A DNA stretch of 64,000 nucleotides from Anaerolineae bacterium (GCA_034436775.1 DAOTVI010000043.1:2327-66326); one strand, 5' to 3'. Positions 46,187 through 56,935 are shown, numbered from the stretch's first letter. Numbers and translations are program-made. The notes: a model not told the origin generated them from the sequence alone.

Positions 46187-47506
46187 ATGGCGACACACAT
46201 CTTGCTGGTGGGGCTCAATCACACAACTGCATCTGTTTGTTTGCGCGAAAAGCTGGCGATCAACGGGGCAAGCTTACACACTGCTTTGAGCCAGCTACAC
46301 CGAGTCAACGGTCGCGAAGGTGCGGCATTGCACGAGGGAGTTATACTTTCGACATGTAACCGCCTTGAAGTCTACACGGTTTGTGATGATGTGGAAGGCG
46401 GATACCACGCCGTGGTCGAATTTCTATGTATGAACCGCCAGCTGGCCGCCGAGGAATTTGTGGCCGCCCTGTATCGCAAACGGGATGCGGAGGCAGTACA
46501 TCATCTGATGCGGGTGGCGTGTGGATTGGACTCGATGGTGATGGGTGAGCCGCAAATACTCGGCCAGGTGACGGCGGCATATCAAGCTGCTCTGGCCGGG
46601 CGCAGCTGTGGGGCAGTCCTCAACACCCTTTTCCGACAAGCCATTCGCGCCGGAAAACGCGCCCACGCCGAAACGGCGATCAGCCGCCACGCTGTGACAG
46701 TACCTTCGGTTGCTGCTACACTTGCGGAGCAGGTGGTCGGTGGCTTGCAAGGGCGCGTGGTGTTGGTCATGGGAGCCGGGGAAATGGGTGAGCTGGCCGT
46801 GCGCACCCTGATCTCGCGTGGTGCTGCCAGCATTATCGTGGCCAATCGTACCTACGATCGCGCATTGGCTCTGGCGCGTGAGCTGGGCGGTGACGCTATG
46901 ACTTTCGAACGCCAGCTCGAAGCCCTGATCCGTGCCGACATTGTGATCACTGCCACCGACGCGCCGCACGTCATTTTGACACACGATAAAGTGGCCCAGG
47001 CGATGGCACATCGTCCAGAACGTCCCCTGGTGATTGTGGACATTGCCGTGCCACGCGACACCGAGCCGGCCGTGGCCGAGGTGCCCGGTGTGCGCCTGTT
47101 CGATATTGACGATTTGCAGAGCGTGGCCAACGAGAACCTGGAAGCACGCCAGCGCGAGATCCCACGGGTGGAGGCCATCGCTGCGGAAGAAGCCCAGGCG
47201 TTTGTGTGTTGGTTTGAGACTCTGGAAGTGGTGCCCACTATCAGCGATCTGCGACGGTGGGCAGAAGAGGTGAAGGCGGTCGAGTTAGACAGAGCTTTGC
47301 GGCGCCTTCGCCACCTGGATGAACGCGAGCGCAAGGTGATCCGTGTGCTGGCCCATCGCTTGATGAATAAGCTCTTACATCCGCCGACGGTGCAGCTGAA
47401 ACAACGCGCTCTTGAAGGTCGAGGACATCATTACGCCAGCGCTATTCGTGATCTGTTTGGTCTCGGATTGCGCGGTTGCGAGATCTCTGACCAGGAGGAG
47501 GTGTAA
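46187..47506 (+). CDS. hemA: Glutamyl-tRNA reductase
   Basis: MATHILLVGLNHTTASVCLREKLA start. LSTCNRLEVY active-site Cys context. GAGEMGE NADPH motif. The track start at 46148 is probably over-extended. Confidence 0.9.
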   Translation: MATHILLVGLNHTTASVCLREKLAINGASLHTALSQLHRVNGREGAALHEGVILSTCNRLEVYTVCDDVEGGYHAVVEFLCMNRQLAAEEFVAALYRKRDAEAVHHLMRVACGLDSMVMGEPQILGQVTAAYQAALAGRSCGAVLNTLFRQAIRAGKRAHAETAISRHAVTVPSVAATLAEQVVGGLQGRVVLVMGAGEMGELAVRTLISRGAASIIVANRTYDRALALARELGGDAMTFERQLEALIRADIVITATDAPHVILTHDKVAQAMAHRPERPLVIVDIAVPRDTEPAVAEVPGVRLFDIDDLQSVANENLEARQREIPRVEAIAAEEAQAFVCWFETLEVVPTISDLRRWAEEVKAVELDRALRRLRHLDERERKVIRVLAHRLMNKLLHPPTVQLKQRALEGRGHHYASAIRDLFGLGLRGCEISDQEEV

Positions 47507-47524
47507 AATCGGAGAGAGGACGCA

Positions 47525-48499
47525 GTGAGAGCCCATACTACCAAGATGACGTTAACGCTGGGCACACGTCCTAGCCTGCTGGCGCGCCGGCAGACCGAAT
47601 GGGTTGCCCAATTGCTGCAGACGGCCTGGCCGGATCTCATCCTGGTGACGCGCGTCTACACCACCCGGGGCGACCGTGAGGCACAGCGTCCCCTGCCTGA
47701 GATCGGTGGTAAGGGCCTCTTCACCGCTGAAATCGAAGCGGCCCTGCGTTCCGGTGAGATTGATGTGGCGGTGCACAGCTTGAAGGACCTGCCCATCAGC
47801 ATGGCAGAGGATTTAGTCGTCGGCGCCGTTCCCGAGCGGGCGCCAGCATATGATGTGTTCATATCCCGCCACAAAATAGGGCTGCAAGCGTTGCCGCCGG
47901 CGCCTCGTATTGGCACCAGCAGCCTGCGCCGCGCGGCCCAGCTGCGGGCATTGCGTCCTGATGCCGAAATTGTCAATCTGCGAGGCAACCTGGACACGCG
48001 CCTGCGCAAAGCGAGCCTGCCTGACTACGATGGCGTGGTGGTGGCGGCTGCGGGGCTTATCCGGCTGGGATTGGAAGGGCACATCACCCACCTGCTCTCC
48101 TACGAAGAAATGCTGCCGGCGCCGGCCCAGGGCGCGCTGGCCGTGCAATGTCGCGCGGAGGACTCAGCCGTCTTGGATCTGCTGCGTCCCATTCACCATA
48201 TGCCCACGTGGGCGGCAGTGACCGCGGAGCGTGCTTTTCTGAGCGGGCTGGGCGGCGGCTGTGCGGCGCCGGTGGCAGCGTATGCAGAGCCGCGGAGCAC
48301 GAATGCCTCAGAGCTGTGGCTGCGGGGTATGGTGGCAAGCCTCGATGGCCGACGCATCGTGCGCGTCTCCGGAGAGGGGGATATCAACCGCCCGCATGAG
48401 CTGGGCCATCGTCTCGCAGAAGAGGCGCTGGCACGTGGCGCAGCGGAACTGCTGGGTGAACGCGGCAAGATGGTCGAGATGGTGGAGAAAGAAATGTAA
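47525..48499 (+). CDS. hemC: Hydroxymethylbilane synthase (porphobilinogen deaminase)
   Basis: GGAGAGAGGA RBS then GTG at 47525. LGTRPSLLARRQTEWV, IGTSSLRR, and the GGCAAP cofactor Cys context. Confidence 0.9.
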   Translation: MRAHTTKMTLTLGTRPSLLARRQTEWVAQLLQTAWPDLILVTRVYTTRGDREAQRPLPEIGGKGLFTAEIEAALRSGEIDVAVHSLKDLPISMAEDLVVGAVPERAPAYDVFISRHKIGLQALPPAPRIGTSSLRRAAQLRALRPDAEIVNLRGNLDTRLRKASLPDYDGVVVAAAGLIRLGLEGHITHLLSYEEMLPAPAQGALAVQCRAEDSAVLDLLRPIHHMPTWAAVTAERAFLSGLGGGCAAPVAAYAEPRSTNASELWLRGMVASLDGRRIVRVSGEGDINRPHELGHRLAEEALARGAAELLGERGKMVEMVEKEM

Positions 48500-48516
48500 T
48501 TCAGGAGCTGCTGTTT

Positions 48517-49302
48517 ATGGCAAAAGGGCTCGCCGGATTGCGCGTGGTGATCACTCGCCCCGAAACCCAATCCGGAACCTTGTATGAACGATTGTGCCGG
48601 GCAGGTGCGGTGCCGATCCTCTTCCCGGTGATCACAATCGTGCCACCGGAACCGGGTGGAGCACTCGATCAAGCCATCCGTCGTCTGCCCGAGTACAACT
48701 GGATCATCTTCACCAGTGTCAACGGGGTGCAGCAGTTCCGAACACGCCTGGCGGATATAATGGGGATATCCTCTGACCAGCTGCAAGGCATTCCCGGATT
48801 TAACGGCAGGGTTGCCGCAATTGGCCCCAAAACGGCGGAGGCATTGCGTCGGTCAGGGGTCGCAGTCCATACAGTGCCAAGCGAGTATCGCGCCGAAGCG
48901 ATTCTGGATGTTCTCGGTGGAGTACAGGGAACGCGCATCCTGTTGCCGCGCGCGGATATCGCGCGCCCAGAACTGGCAGTCGGATTGCGTGAGCGCGGCG
49001 CCGTTGTGGATGAGGTGGCCGCATACCGCACGCTGCCCGCCACCCCGCCCCCGCACGCCTTCGAGCAGCTGCGCCAGGGAGTGGATGTAGTGACTTTCAC
49101 CAGCTCTTCTACCGTGCGCCATTTTGTGGCGCTGACTCGTGACATTAATTATGGAGATCCGGCCATTGCCTGTATCGGCCCGGTCACCGCTGAAACAGCC
49201 CGCCAGCTGGGCTTGCATGTGGATATCGTGGCAGAGGAATATACGGTGGATGGTTTATTCAGAGCGTTGGAGATATGGAAAGACAATCTACCCTCAAACT
49301 GA
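48517..49302 (+). CDS. hemD: Uroporphyrinogen-III synthase
   Basis: AGGAG RBS. HEM4-like two-lobe sequence (VVITRPE..., IIFTSVNGV, VTFTSSSTV). Position between hemC and the rest of the hem genes. Confidence 0.85.
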   Translation: MAKGLAGLRVVITRPETQSGTLYERLCRAGAVPILFPVITIVPPEPGGALDQAIRRLPEYNWIIFTSVNGVQQFRTRLADIMGISSDQLQGIPGFNGRVAAIGPKTAEALRRSGVAVHTVPSEYRAEAILDVLGGVQGTRILLPRADIARPELAVGLRERGAVVDEVAAYRTLPATPPPHAFEQLRQGVDVVTFTSSSTVRHFVALTRDINYGDPAIACIGPVTAETARQLGLHVDIVAEEYTVDGLFRALEIWKDNLPSN

Positions 49303-50510
49303 TCCGACGGCCGGTCTATGATGTCAACGAACGTCCGTTTATGGTGATCTGGGAGACGACCCATGCGTGCGATCTGGCGTGTCGCCATTGTCGCGCCGAA
49401 GCACAACCGGAGCACGACCCGCTGGCCTTGACCACCGAGGAGGCACGCCAGCTCCTTCACCAGGTCGAAGCATTCGGCCGTCCCCGACCGATCTTCATTT
49501 TCACCGGCGGTGATCCTTTCAAGCGCGCTGACCTGTTCGAGCTGGTGCGCTATGCAAGCGAGATCGGTCTGCCGGTGGCGGTGTCGCCGTCTGGCACGCC
49601 ATTGCTGACGGCAGAGAACCTGCGTCGCCTGAAAGAGGCAGGCGCCAAAGCGATTTCGCTCAGCATCGACGGTTCCACCGCCGCGCGTCACGATGCGTTC
49701 CGTGGTGTGCCCGGTTCCTTCGAGTGGACAGCGAACGGATGGCGCGCGGCACGTGCGCTGGGTCTGAAAACCCAGATCAACACCACCGTCACGCGCTTCA
49801 ATCTATGCGACTTGCCCGATATTTTCCGGTTGGTGCAGCAGATCGGCGCTATGACATGGAGCCTCTTTTTCCTGGTGCCCACCGGGCGCGGGCGACCGGA
49901 GGACGAGATCTCGCCGGCGGAGTATGAAGCGGTGATGCACTTCTTATATGACGTGTCCAAATATATCAGCGCGAAGCCGGTCGAGGGACATCATTATAAG
50001 CGCGTGGTATTGCAGCGTGCCATCTTGGAAGAGAAAGGTCTGCCTTGGGAACGTTATTTCACGCTCCATCCGGTGTACTACGAGCTGCGTGCCGGGCTGC
50101 AACAGGTGGTGCAAGCGGCAGGTCTGCAACCTCGCGCGCCGGGCAGCATCCATCGCACACCCATGCATATCAATGCCGGCAACGGCTTTGTATTCATATC
50201 GCGCCGAGGAGAGGTTTTCCCCAGCGGCTTCCTGCCACTCTGCGCCGGAAATGTGCGGGAACGCTCGTTGGTCGAGATCTATCGGGACGCGCCTCTCTTT
50301 CGCACACTGCGCGATACCGCGCAATATGAAGGACGCTGCGGACTATGCGAGTTCGTTGGCGTGTGCGGCGGCTCGCGTTCGCGGGCTTATGCGATGACCG
50401 GCGACCCCCTGGCCGAAGAACCTTTCTGCACCTATGAACCGCACAGTTTCCCGTTCCAGGAAGAGGTGAGTCAGAAGTTGACTGCAGAGCATCACACACC
50501 CGAGCCGTAG
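49275..50510 (+). CDS. Radical SAM/SPASM-domain protein, AhbD/NirJ-like
   Basis: CDLACRHC (Cx3Cx2C) at aa 32-39. C-terminal Cys cluster GRCGLCEFVGVCGGSRSRAY...PFC. 28-nt overlap with hemD. Confidence 0.8.
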   Translation: MERQSTLKLIRRPVYDVNERPFMVIWETTHACDLACRHCRAEAQPEHDPLALTTEEARQLLHQVEAFGRPRPIFIFTGGDPFKRADLFELVRYASEIGLPVAVSPSGTPLLTAENLRRLKEAGAKAISLSIDGSTAARHDAFRGVPGSFEWTANGWRAARALGLKTQINTTVTRFNLCDLPDIFRLVQQIGAMTWSLFFLVPTGRGRPEDEISPAEYEAVMHFLYDVSKYISAKPVEGHHYKRVVLQRAILEEKGLPWERYFTLHPVYYELRAGLQQVVQAAGLQPRAPGSIHRTPMHINAGNGFVFISRRGEVFPSGFLPLCAGNVRERSLVEIYRDAPLFRTLRDTAQYEGRCGLCEFVGVCGGSRSRAYAMTGDPLAEEPFCTYEPHSFPFQEEVSQKLTAEHHTPEP

Positions 50511-50552
50511 CACGATGCCGCGTATCCTCACAGGGTGTTAGGAGATGGTGTA

Positions 50553-51530
50553 ATGCACTTCCCGATCGTTCGTCCGCGTCGTCTGCGCGCCACGCCTACG
50601 CTGCGCGATATGGTGCGCGAGACCCAGTTGAATCCGCAGGACTTCATCTATCCGCTGTTTGCCGTGCATGGTGAAGCAGTGCGCCGCCGGGTGTCCTCTA
50701 TGCCCGGCGTGTATCAACTTTCAGTTGATCAGCTGGTGCGTGAAGCCCAGGAATGTCATGCCCTGGGCATCCCGGCGGTGATCCTGTTCGGCGTGCCGGC
50801 GTACAAGGACGCCCAGGGAAGCGAAAATTTCTCCGATGACGGCATCGTCCAGTGCGCGGTGCGCGCCATCAAGGCCGCTTTACCCCAGTTAATCGTCATC
50901 GCCGACGTCTGCATGTGTGAATACACCGACCACGGTCACTGTGGGATTGTGCGGGACGGACACATTGACAACGACGCGACCTTGGAGATTCTGCAGCGCG
51001 CCGCCGTGAGCTACGCCCGTGCTGGTGCGGACATCGTGGCCCCCTCCGGCATGATGGACGGCATGGTAGCCGCCATCCGAAGCGCTCTGGACGAGGCGGG
51101 TTTTTCCAACGTGAGCATCTTGAGCTACGCGATCAAGTATGCCAGCGCTTTCTACGGCCCCTTCCGCGAGGCGGCGGAAGGAGCCCCCAAATTCGGCGAC
51201 CGCAAAACCCATCAGATGGACCCGGCCAATGCGCGTGAGGCATTGCGTGAGCTGGAGCTGGACATCCAGGAAGGGGCCGATATGGTGATGGTCAAGCCGG
51301 CGCTGCCCTATCTCGACATCGTGTACCGTGTGCGCCAGGCGACCCATATACCGGTAGCGGCTTACAACGTGAGCGGTGAGTACGCGATGGTGAAGGCGGC
51401 GGCGGCCAACGGCTGGTTGGACGAGCGTTCCATAGTGCTCGAATTGCTGACCAGCATAAAACGCGCCGGAGCGGACCTGATCCTGACTTATCACGCCAAA
51501 GATGCTGCACGTTGGTTGACGGGTATGTGA
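50553..51530 (+). CDS. hemB: Porphobilinogen synthase (zinc-type)
   Basis: GGAGATGG RBS then ATG at 50553. [20 protein letters not shown] zinc site, and the [10 protein letters not shown] Schiff-base Lys context. Confidence 0.95.
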   Translation: MHFPIVRPRRLRATPTLRDMVRETQLNPQDFIYPLFAVHGEAVRRRVSSMPGVYQLSVDQLVREAQECHALGIPAVILFGVPAYKDAQGSENFSDDGIVQCAVRAIKAALPQLIVIADVCMCEYTDHGHCGIVRDGHIDNDATLEILQRAAVSYARAGADIVAPSGMMDGMVAAIRSALDEAGFSNVSILSYAIKYASAFYGPFREAAEGAPKFGDRKTHQMDPANAREALRELELDIQEGADMVMVKPALPYLDIVYRVRQATHIPVAAYNVSGEYAMVKAAAANGWLDERSIVLELLTSIKRAGADLILTYHAKDAARWLTGM

Positions 51531-51562
51531 GCGTCTTAGAGTTCTTCCGGGATAGCCTGATC

Positions 51563-52594
51563 ATGAAAGACCGTTTTCTCAAAGCATGTCGCCGGGAACC
51601 CGTGGATTGCACGCCGGTCTGGCTGATGCGCCAGGCAGGACGCTATATGGCGGCCTATCGTCGGTTGCGCGAACGGCACACGATGGCGCATCTGGTGAAA
51701 ACCCCTGAACTGGCGGTTGAGATCACGCTGCAACCGATTCGAGCATTTGACCTGGACGCCGCGATCATCTACTCCGACATCCTGCCGCCGTTAGAGGCGA
51801 TGGGTCTTGAAGTGGAGTTCGTTGACGGCGAGGGTCCCATCATTCGCACCCCCCTGCGCAGCCGTGCTGACGTCGAAGCATTGCGGGAATCCGAACCGCG
51901 CGAGAGCTTGGGCTTTGTGTTGCAGGCCATCCGCCTGACACGCCATGAGCTCGACGGTCGTGTACCCCTGATCGGATTTGCCGGGGCACCTTTTACCCTG
52001 GCGACTTATGCTATCGAGGGAGGCAGCAATGCGCGCAATCCGATCCAGACCAAGCAGCTGATGTACCGGGAGCCGCAGACATGGCATCTCCTCATGGAGC
52101 GGTTGGCGCGCTTCATAGGCCACTACCTCGAAGCGCAAGTCGAGGCAGGCGCCCAAGCTTTACAGCTGTTCGACAGCTGGGTGGGTGCGCTGAGTCCCTC
52201 GGATTATCAAAACTACGTCGCGCCCTATTCGCGCTATGTGCTTCAGACCGCCCAGGCAACCGGTGTGCCTGTCATTCACTTCAGCACCGGGACGTGTGGG
52301 ATGATCGAGCAGATTGCCGCGGCAGGCGGTGATGTCGTTGCGGTGGATTGGCGCATACCACTCGATGAAGCATGGCAACGCATTGGCCATCATCGTGCGA
52401 TCCAGGGCAACCTTGATCCTGCGGTATTGCTGGGGCCGCTTGAAGAATTGAAGCGACAAACTATGGAGATCCTCAAACGGGCAGGCAATCGCCCTGGGCA
52501 TATCTTCAACCTCGGTCACGGCGTTCTGCCCCAGACACCCGTTGAGGCGGTGGCGTACTTGGTGGAAATCGTGCATCGGGAGTCGCAACGTTGA
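51563..52594 (+). CDS. hemE: Uroporphyrinogen decarboxylase
   Basis: MKDRFLKACRREPVDCTPVWLMRQAGRYM canonical N-terminus. Confidence 0.95.
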   Translation: MKDRFLKACRREPVDCTPVWLMRQAGRYMAAYRRLRERHTMAHLVKTPELAVEITLQPIRAFDLDAAIIYSDILPPLEAMGLEVEFVDGEGPIIRTPLRSRADVEALRESEPRESLGFVLQAIRLTRHELDGRVPLIGFAGAPFTLATYAIEGGSNARNPIQTKQLMYREPQTWHLLMERLARFIGHYLEAQVEAGAQALQLFDSWVGALSPSDYQNYVAPYSRYVLQTAQATGVPVIHFSTGTCGMIEQIAAAGGDVVAVDWRIPLDEAWQRIGHHRAIQGNLDPAVLLGPLEELKRQTMEILKRAGNRPGHIFNLGHGVLPQTPVEAVAYLVEIVHRESQR

Positions 52595-52644
52595 ACCCTT
52601 CGGCCTCTTTGGAGCTGCCAGGTCCTCCTCAGATCGAAAGCATA

Positions 52645-54120
52645 ATGCCATCCCGACGTCCGCCGCACGCCGTAAAGGAGCGCATATTCCATGTGGCCAT
52701 CATCGGAGGAGGTATCACGGGACTGGCAACGGCGCATTATCTGCAAAAGTATGCACCCCCATATGTCACCTACAGTGTGCTGGAAGGCGATGCGCGTTGG
52801 GGTGGCAAGATTGTCACCGAAAATATCGCCGGCTTCACCATAGAGGGTGGCCCCGATTCATTTCTCACCCAGAAACCGGCAGCGCTCAATCTGTGCCGGG
52901 AATTGGGGCTGGAGGACCGTCTGCTGGGCACGAATGAAGCGCAGCGCAAGGTCTATGTCTTACTCAAGGGTCGCCTGCGCCCGTTGCCCGACGGAGTGAT
53001 GCTGGTGATTCCAACGCGCTTTACCCCGTTTGTGACCTCGTCGTTGATCTCATTGCCCGGCAAGTTGCGCATGGCTCTCGATTTGGTCATCCCGCGGCGT
53101 CGCCAGGACGGCGATGAGAGTCTGGCCAGCTTCATCCGTCGCCGCTTGGGGCAGGAAGCGCTTGACAAGATTGCCGAACCCCTGATGGCGGGCATCCACG
53201 TCTCGGACGCCGAAAGGCAGAGCCTGGCAGCCACTTTTCCGCGCTTTATGGAGCTGGAACGCGTCCACCGCAGCTTGATCAAAGGGATGCTCGTTCAGAA
53301 GCGCCAGATGGCACGCCGCGCTGGTCCCTCCTTGCCGCTCTTTATGACGTTGCGCGATGGCATGGGGGAGCTGGTGAGCGCACTGTGTGCCGAGCTGCAG
53401 GGTGATATGCGCTTGAAAAGCCCCGTAGCTCGCCTGGAGCTGGCCGACGGGAATGGGTTAACAGGCTGGCCTGGACGAGGAGGTAGATACCTGGTTCGGT
53501 TGCAGGATGGCCAGACAGTCCGTGCAGACGCGATTGTGTTGACGGTGCCCGCGTACATCGCGGCGGCGCTGGTGGCACCTCTCCATACTATGCTGGCTCA
53601 CCGTTTGCGCAGCATCCGGTATGTCTCGACCGCCACTTTATCACTGGGATATCGGCGCAGCGAGGTGGATCATCCGCTGGATGGTTTCGGTTTTGTGGTG
53701 CCGCGTCGTGAGCGAACCCATCTCATGGCCTGCACTTGGACCTCGACCAAATTTCTCTATCGAGCGCCAGCGGATCATGTGCTCCTGCGCGTCTTCCTGG
53801 GCGGGCCGCATCGCGAGGACACCGTAGCGCTCGACGATGAGCACCTCCTGAACTTGGTGCGCGAAGAATTACGGTGTATCATGGGGATCAACGCGGAGCC
53901 GGTGCTGGCCCGGCTGCATCGTTGGCAAAACGCCAATCCACAATACGATGTCGGCCACCTGGAGCGGGTGGCTGAGATCGAAAAATTGGCGGAAGAGCTG
54001 CCCGGACTGTATCTCACCGGCAGCGCATTCCGGGGAGTGGGTATCCCCGATTGCATCGCGCAGGGTGAAAACGTGGCGAAAGCAGTTCTCTCTATGGCGA
54101 CGAAGCACGTGGCGCATTGA
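52645..54120 (+). CDS. hemY: HemY-type FAD oxidase (coproporphyrinogen/protoporphyrinogen oxidase)
   Basis: VAIIGGGITGLATAHYL dinucleotide motif, 491 aa from the ATG at 52645. The TTG at 52591, overlapping the hemE stop, is an alternative start. Confidence 0.85.
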   Translation: MPSRRPPHAVKERIFHVAIIGGGITGLATAHYLQKYAPPYVTYSVLEGDARWGGKIVTENIAGFTIEGGPDSFLTQKPAALNLCRELGLEDRLLGTNEAQRKVYVLLKGRLRPLPDGVMLVIPTRFTPFVTSSLISLPGKLRMALDLVIPRRRQDGDESLASFIRRRLGQEALDKIAEPLMAGIHVSDAERQSLAATFPRFMELERVHRSLIKGMLVQKRQMARRAGPSLPLFMTLRDGMGELVSALCAELQGDMRLKSPVARLELADGNGLTGWPGRGGRYLVRLQDGQTVRADAIVLTVPAYIAAALVAPLHTMLAHRLRSIRYVSTATLSLGYRRSEVDHPLDGFGFVVPRRERTHLMACTWTSTKFLYRAPADHVLLRVFLGGPHREDTVALDDEHLLNLVREELRCIMGINAEPVLARLHRWQNANPQYDVGHLERVAEIEKLAEELPGLYLTGSAFRGVGIPDCIAQGENVAKAVLSMATKHVAH

Positions 54121-54365
54121 GGTGGACATATCACCGCACCACTGTGCAGAGCGACGAGCGGTTGCTCAAGCAATTTCAGAAGATGCCTCAATCTGTAGAG
54201 AACATTTCGCAGGACAATTCCCGGGTATACTTTAGGATCGTCGAGATGACCAAAACCTCTCATACCACAGGGGAGCTCGACAGGGTGCATTGGGAGCCAT
54301 CGCCCTCACACGTGGACGCCAGCGAAAGACACATCATCGCGAAGCGAGGTCAATCTATCAACCTT

Positions 54366-54992
54366 ATGGAAATTAAGCCGTATACGCGTGCCTATGCCCG
54401 GGATGCCGCTGAGATCCACATGGAAGGCCAGCCGGGCACTTTTCTGACTCGGCTGGGCAGAGATTTCCTGGTGCGTCTGTATGAGTTGTTTGCGGAATTG
54501 CCGGGTGTCTTTGGCTCGGTCGCCATAGAGGGTGAGATGGTGACCGGGGTGGGTTTTGCCGCTATGGACACGCGCCAGCTGTTCCGCACGATCAAATATC
54601 GCTACTGGCATCGCCTGCTGTGGCCTGTGGCGCGCCAGATGTTGCGCGATCCGGGACTGATCGGGCAGCTGCTTCAAAGCATCCGCTATCCCAACACCCT
54701 TAAGCCATTGCCCGACGAGGCCGAAATCCTCTTTGTCGGTTTGCGCCACAATTACATGCGCCAGGGGATCGGACCCAGGATATTGGATCAGCTGTTAGAG
54801 GAAGCGTACCGGCGTGGCGCTATGCGCGCTGTCGGCACGGTCGAAAAGAAAAACCGGGCAGTACGTTGGATGATCGCCAGACTGGCAGGCGCGCGTGTTG
54901 ACCAGGAAATCATCCTGAACGGCAGGAAGATGCTCGTGTATCGTGTCGAGTTACCCGTCGGCGTTGAACGCAAGCCGCCCATTGTGCCGTGA
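54366..54992 (+). CDS. GNAT-family N-acetyltransferase candidate
   Basis: [26 protein letters not shown] resembles the acetyl-CoA-binding Q/RxxGxG/A motif. The start is uncertain: ATG at 54366, ATG at 54246, or TTG at 54117. Confidence 0.5.
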   Translation: MEIKPYTRAYARDAAEIHMEGQPGTFLTRLGRDFLVRLYELFAELPGVFGSVAIEGEMVTGVGFAAMDTRQLFRTIKYRYWHRLLWPVARQMLRDPGLIGQLLQSIRYPNTLKPLPDEAEILFVGLRHNYMRQGIGPRILDQLLEEAYRRGAMRAVGTVEKKNRAVRWMIARLAGARVDQEIILNGRKMLVYRVELPVGVERKPPIVP

Positions 54993-55065
54993 CCTGCACT
55001 CGGACGTATTCCATGACGATAAGGAACTGTTCACCTCGCTCGGGCAAAATATCAAGGAGGAGCTG

Positions 55066-56352
55066 ATGCGCATTGCTCAATCTCAAGCGTTGTTCGCCGC
55101 TGCACAGAAGGTGATTCCGGGAGGGGTCAATTCGCCCGTGCGCGCGTTTCGTGCCGTAGGGGGACAGCCTTTGTTTATCACGCGCGGACAGGGTCCATAT
55201 TTGTACGATGCCGATGGCAATCGCTACATTGATTATGTGCTGAGTTGGGGGCCGCTCGTCTTGGGACATGCCCATCCCCAGGTGGTGGAGGCGTTGAAAA
55301 AAGCGGTAGAACGTGGCACGAGCTATGGTGCGCCCACTGTTCTGGAGGTTCGGCTGGCCGAATTGATCCGCGAGCTGATGCCAGCGTGCGAAATGATCCG
55401 TTTCGTCAATTCCGGCACCGAGGCGACGATGACCGCCCTACGCCTGGCGCGCGCGTTCACCGGTCGCGACAAGATTATCAAGTTTGAAGGGTGTTATCAC
55501 GGTCATGCCGATATGTTGTTGGTTCAGGCAGGCAGTGGGGTGGCGACTTTAGGTCTGCCGGACAGTCCCGGGGTACCCCGCGGGGCCGTGCAAGATACCC
55601 TGGTAGCGCCGTATAACGATCTGGAGGCGGTGCGCGCTCTCTTCGAGGCACATCCCGGTCAGATCGCCGCGGTCATCGTGGAACCGGTGGCAGGCAATAT
55701 GGGGGTGGTACCGCCGGCAGAGGGGTTCCTCGCCGGTCTGCGGGCACTCACCCAGCAGCACGGCGCTCTGCTGATCTTCGACGAGGTGATGACTGGCTTT
55801 CGCGTCGCTTTGGGAGGCGCCCAGGCGCTCTACAGTGTCGTGCCAGATCTGACCACGCTCGGCAAAGTGATCGGCGGCGGATTGCCGGTGGGGGCCTATG
55901 CCGGCCGCGTCGAGATCATGCAGCTGGTGGCGCCCGCCGGCGCTATGTATCAGGCAGGGACATTGAGTGGCAACCCGCTGGCGATGACGGCAGGCATCGA
56001 AACGTTGAACATTCTGCGCCAGCCGGGTGTGTTTGACGGCATTGTGGCACGCACGCGGAAGCTGAGCGAAGGAATCAGCGCCGCTGCACGTGCAGCAGGT
56101 GTGCCGCTCTTCGCCACTCAAGTGGGCACGATGTTCTCCGCGTTCTTCACTCCCGACCCGGTCACCGATTGGGCCAGTGCCAGGCGGTCGGATACCCAGC
56201 GCTTCGCGCGTTTCTTCCAGGCGATGTTGGAGCAGGGCGTCTATCTGGCGCCTTCGCAGTTCGAGGCCGGCTTCGTATCCCTGGCCCACGATGATACAGT
56301 GATCGAGTCCACGATCACCGCCGCACGCCGGGCGTTCCAACAGGTAGCGTGA
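55066..56352 (+). CDS. hemL: Glutamate-1-semialdehyde 2,1-aminomutase
   Basis: AAGGAGGAG RBS then ATG at 55066. [22 protein letters not shown], and the [14 protein letters not shown]-Lys context. Confidence 0.95.
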   Translation: MRIAQSQALFAAAQKVIPGGVNSPVRAFRAVGGQPLFITRGQGPYLYDADGNRYIDYVLSWGPLVLGHAHPQVVEALKKAVERGTSYGAPTVLEVRLAELIRELMPACEMIRFVNSGTEATMTALRLARAFTGRDKIIKFEGCYHGHADMLLVQAGSGVATLGLPDSPGVPRGAVQDTLVAPYNDLEAVRALFEAHPGQIAAVIVEPVAGNMGVVPPAEGFLAGLRALTQQHGALLIFDEVMTGFRVALGGAQALYSVVPDLTTLGKVIGGGLPVGAYAGRVEIMQLVAPAGAMYQAGTLSGNPLAMTAGIETLNILRQPGVFDGIVARTRKLSEGISAAARAAGVPLFATQVGTMFSAFFTPDPVTDWASARRSDTQRFARFFQAMLEQGVYLAPSQFEAGFVSLAHDDTVIESTITAARRAFQQVA

Positions 56353-56407
56353 TCCCCTATGCCCCGCCAAAAGCACGCATAGTCAGGTAGGGGATCTTAC
56401 AAAAGTT

Positions 56408-56932
56408 ATGGAAAAGATGGAACACCAGGACGAAGCATCCTCGGGTGGTTTGAGCCACGTAGACGCATGCGGACGCGCGCGCATGGTTGATGTCGGTGCG
56501 AAACCGGACACCCCCCGTGAAGCTACAGCGCAGGGACGCTTGGTGCTGCAGCCGTCCACGCTGGCGCTCATCCAGGCAGGTGGAATGCCCAAAGGGGACG
56601 TGCTCGCCGTAGCGCAGGTGGCCGGCATTATGGCGGCCAAGCGCACCCATGAGCTGATCCCGATGTGTCATCCGCTGTCCTTGACATATGTCGGTATCGC
56701 GTTCACGCCCCTTACACCGGCGGCCGAAGAGCAACCGGCTGCGATAGAGATCAGCGCCACCGTGCGCACGGTGGGCAAGACGGGGGCAGAGATGGAAGCG
56801 TTGGTCGCTGTGGCGGTCGCCGGCTTGACTATCTATGATATGTGCAAGGCAGTGGACCGTTCGATGCGCCTCGAGGCGGTGCGACTGGTGCACAAAAGCG
56901 GCGGCAAAAGCGGTGAGTGGAGCGGTGAATAG
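56408..56932 (+). CDS. moaC: Cyclic pyranopterin monophosphate synthase accessory protein MoaC
   Basis: LSHVDACGRARMVDVGAKPDT, KGDVLAVAQVAGIMAAKRT.ELIPMCHPL. Confidence 0.9.
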   Translation: MEKMEHQDEASSGGLSHVDACGRARMVDVGAKPDTPREATAQGRLVLQPSTLALIQAGGMPKGDVLAVAQVAGIMAAKRTHELIPMCHPLSLTYVGIAFTPLTPAAEEQPAAIEISATVRTVGKTGAEMEALVAVAVAGLTIYDMCKAVDRSMRLEAVRLVHKSGGKSGEWSGE

Positions 56933-56935
56933 GCA

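Noticed and set aside
56351-56396. 9-bp inverted repeat GATCCCCTA/TAGGGGATC between hemL and moaC, and the possibility of a Moco riboswitch
   Set aside because: The 28-nt loop and the lack of a U-tract make it a poor terminator. The whole gap is only 55 nt, which is too short for a Moco riboswitch. I saw no conserved riboswitch motifs.
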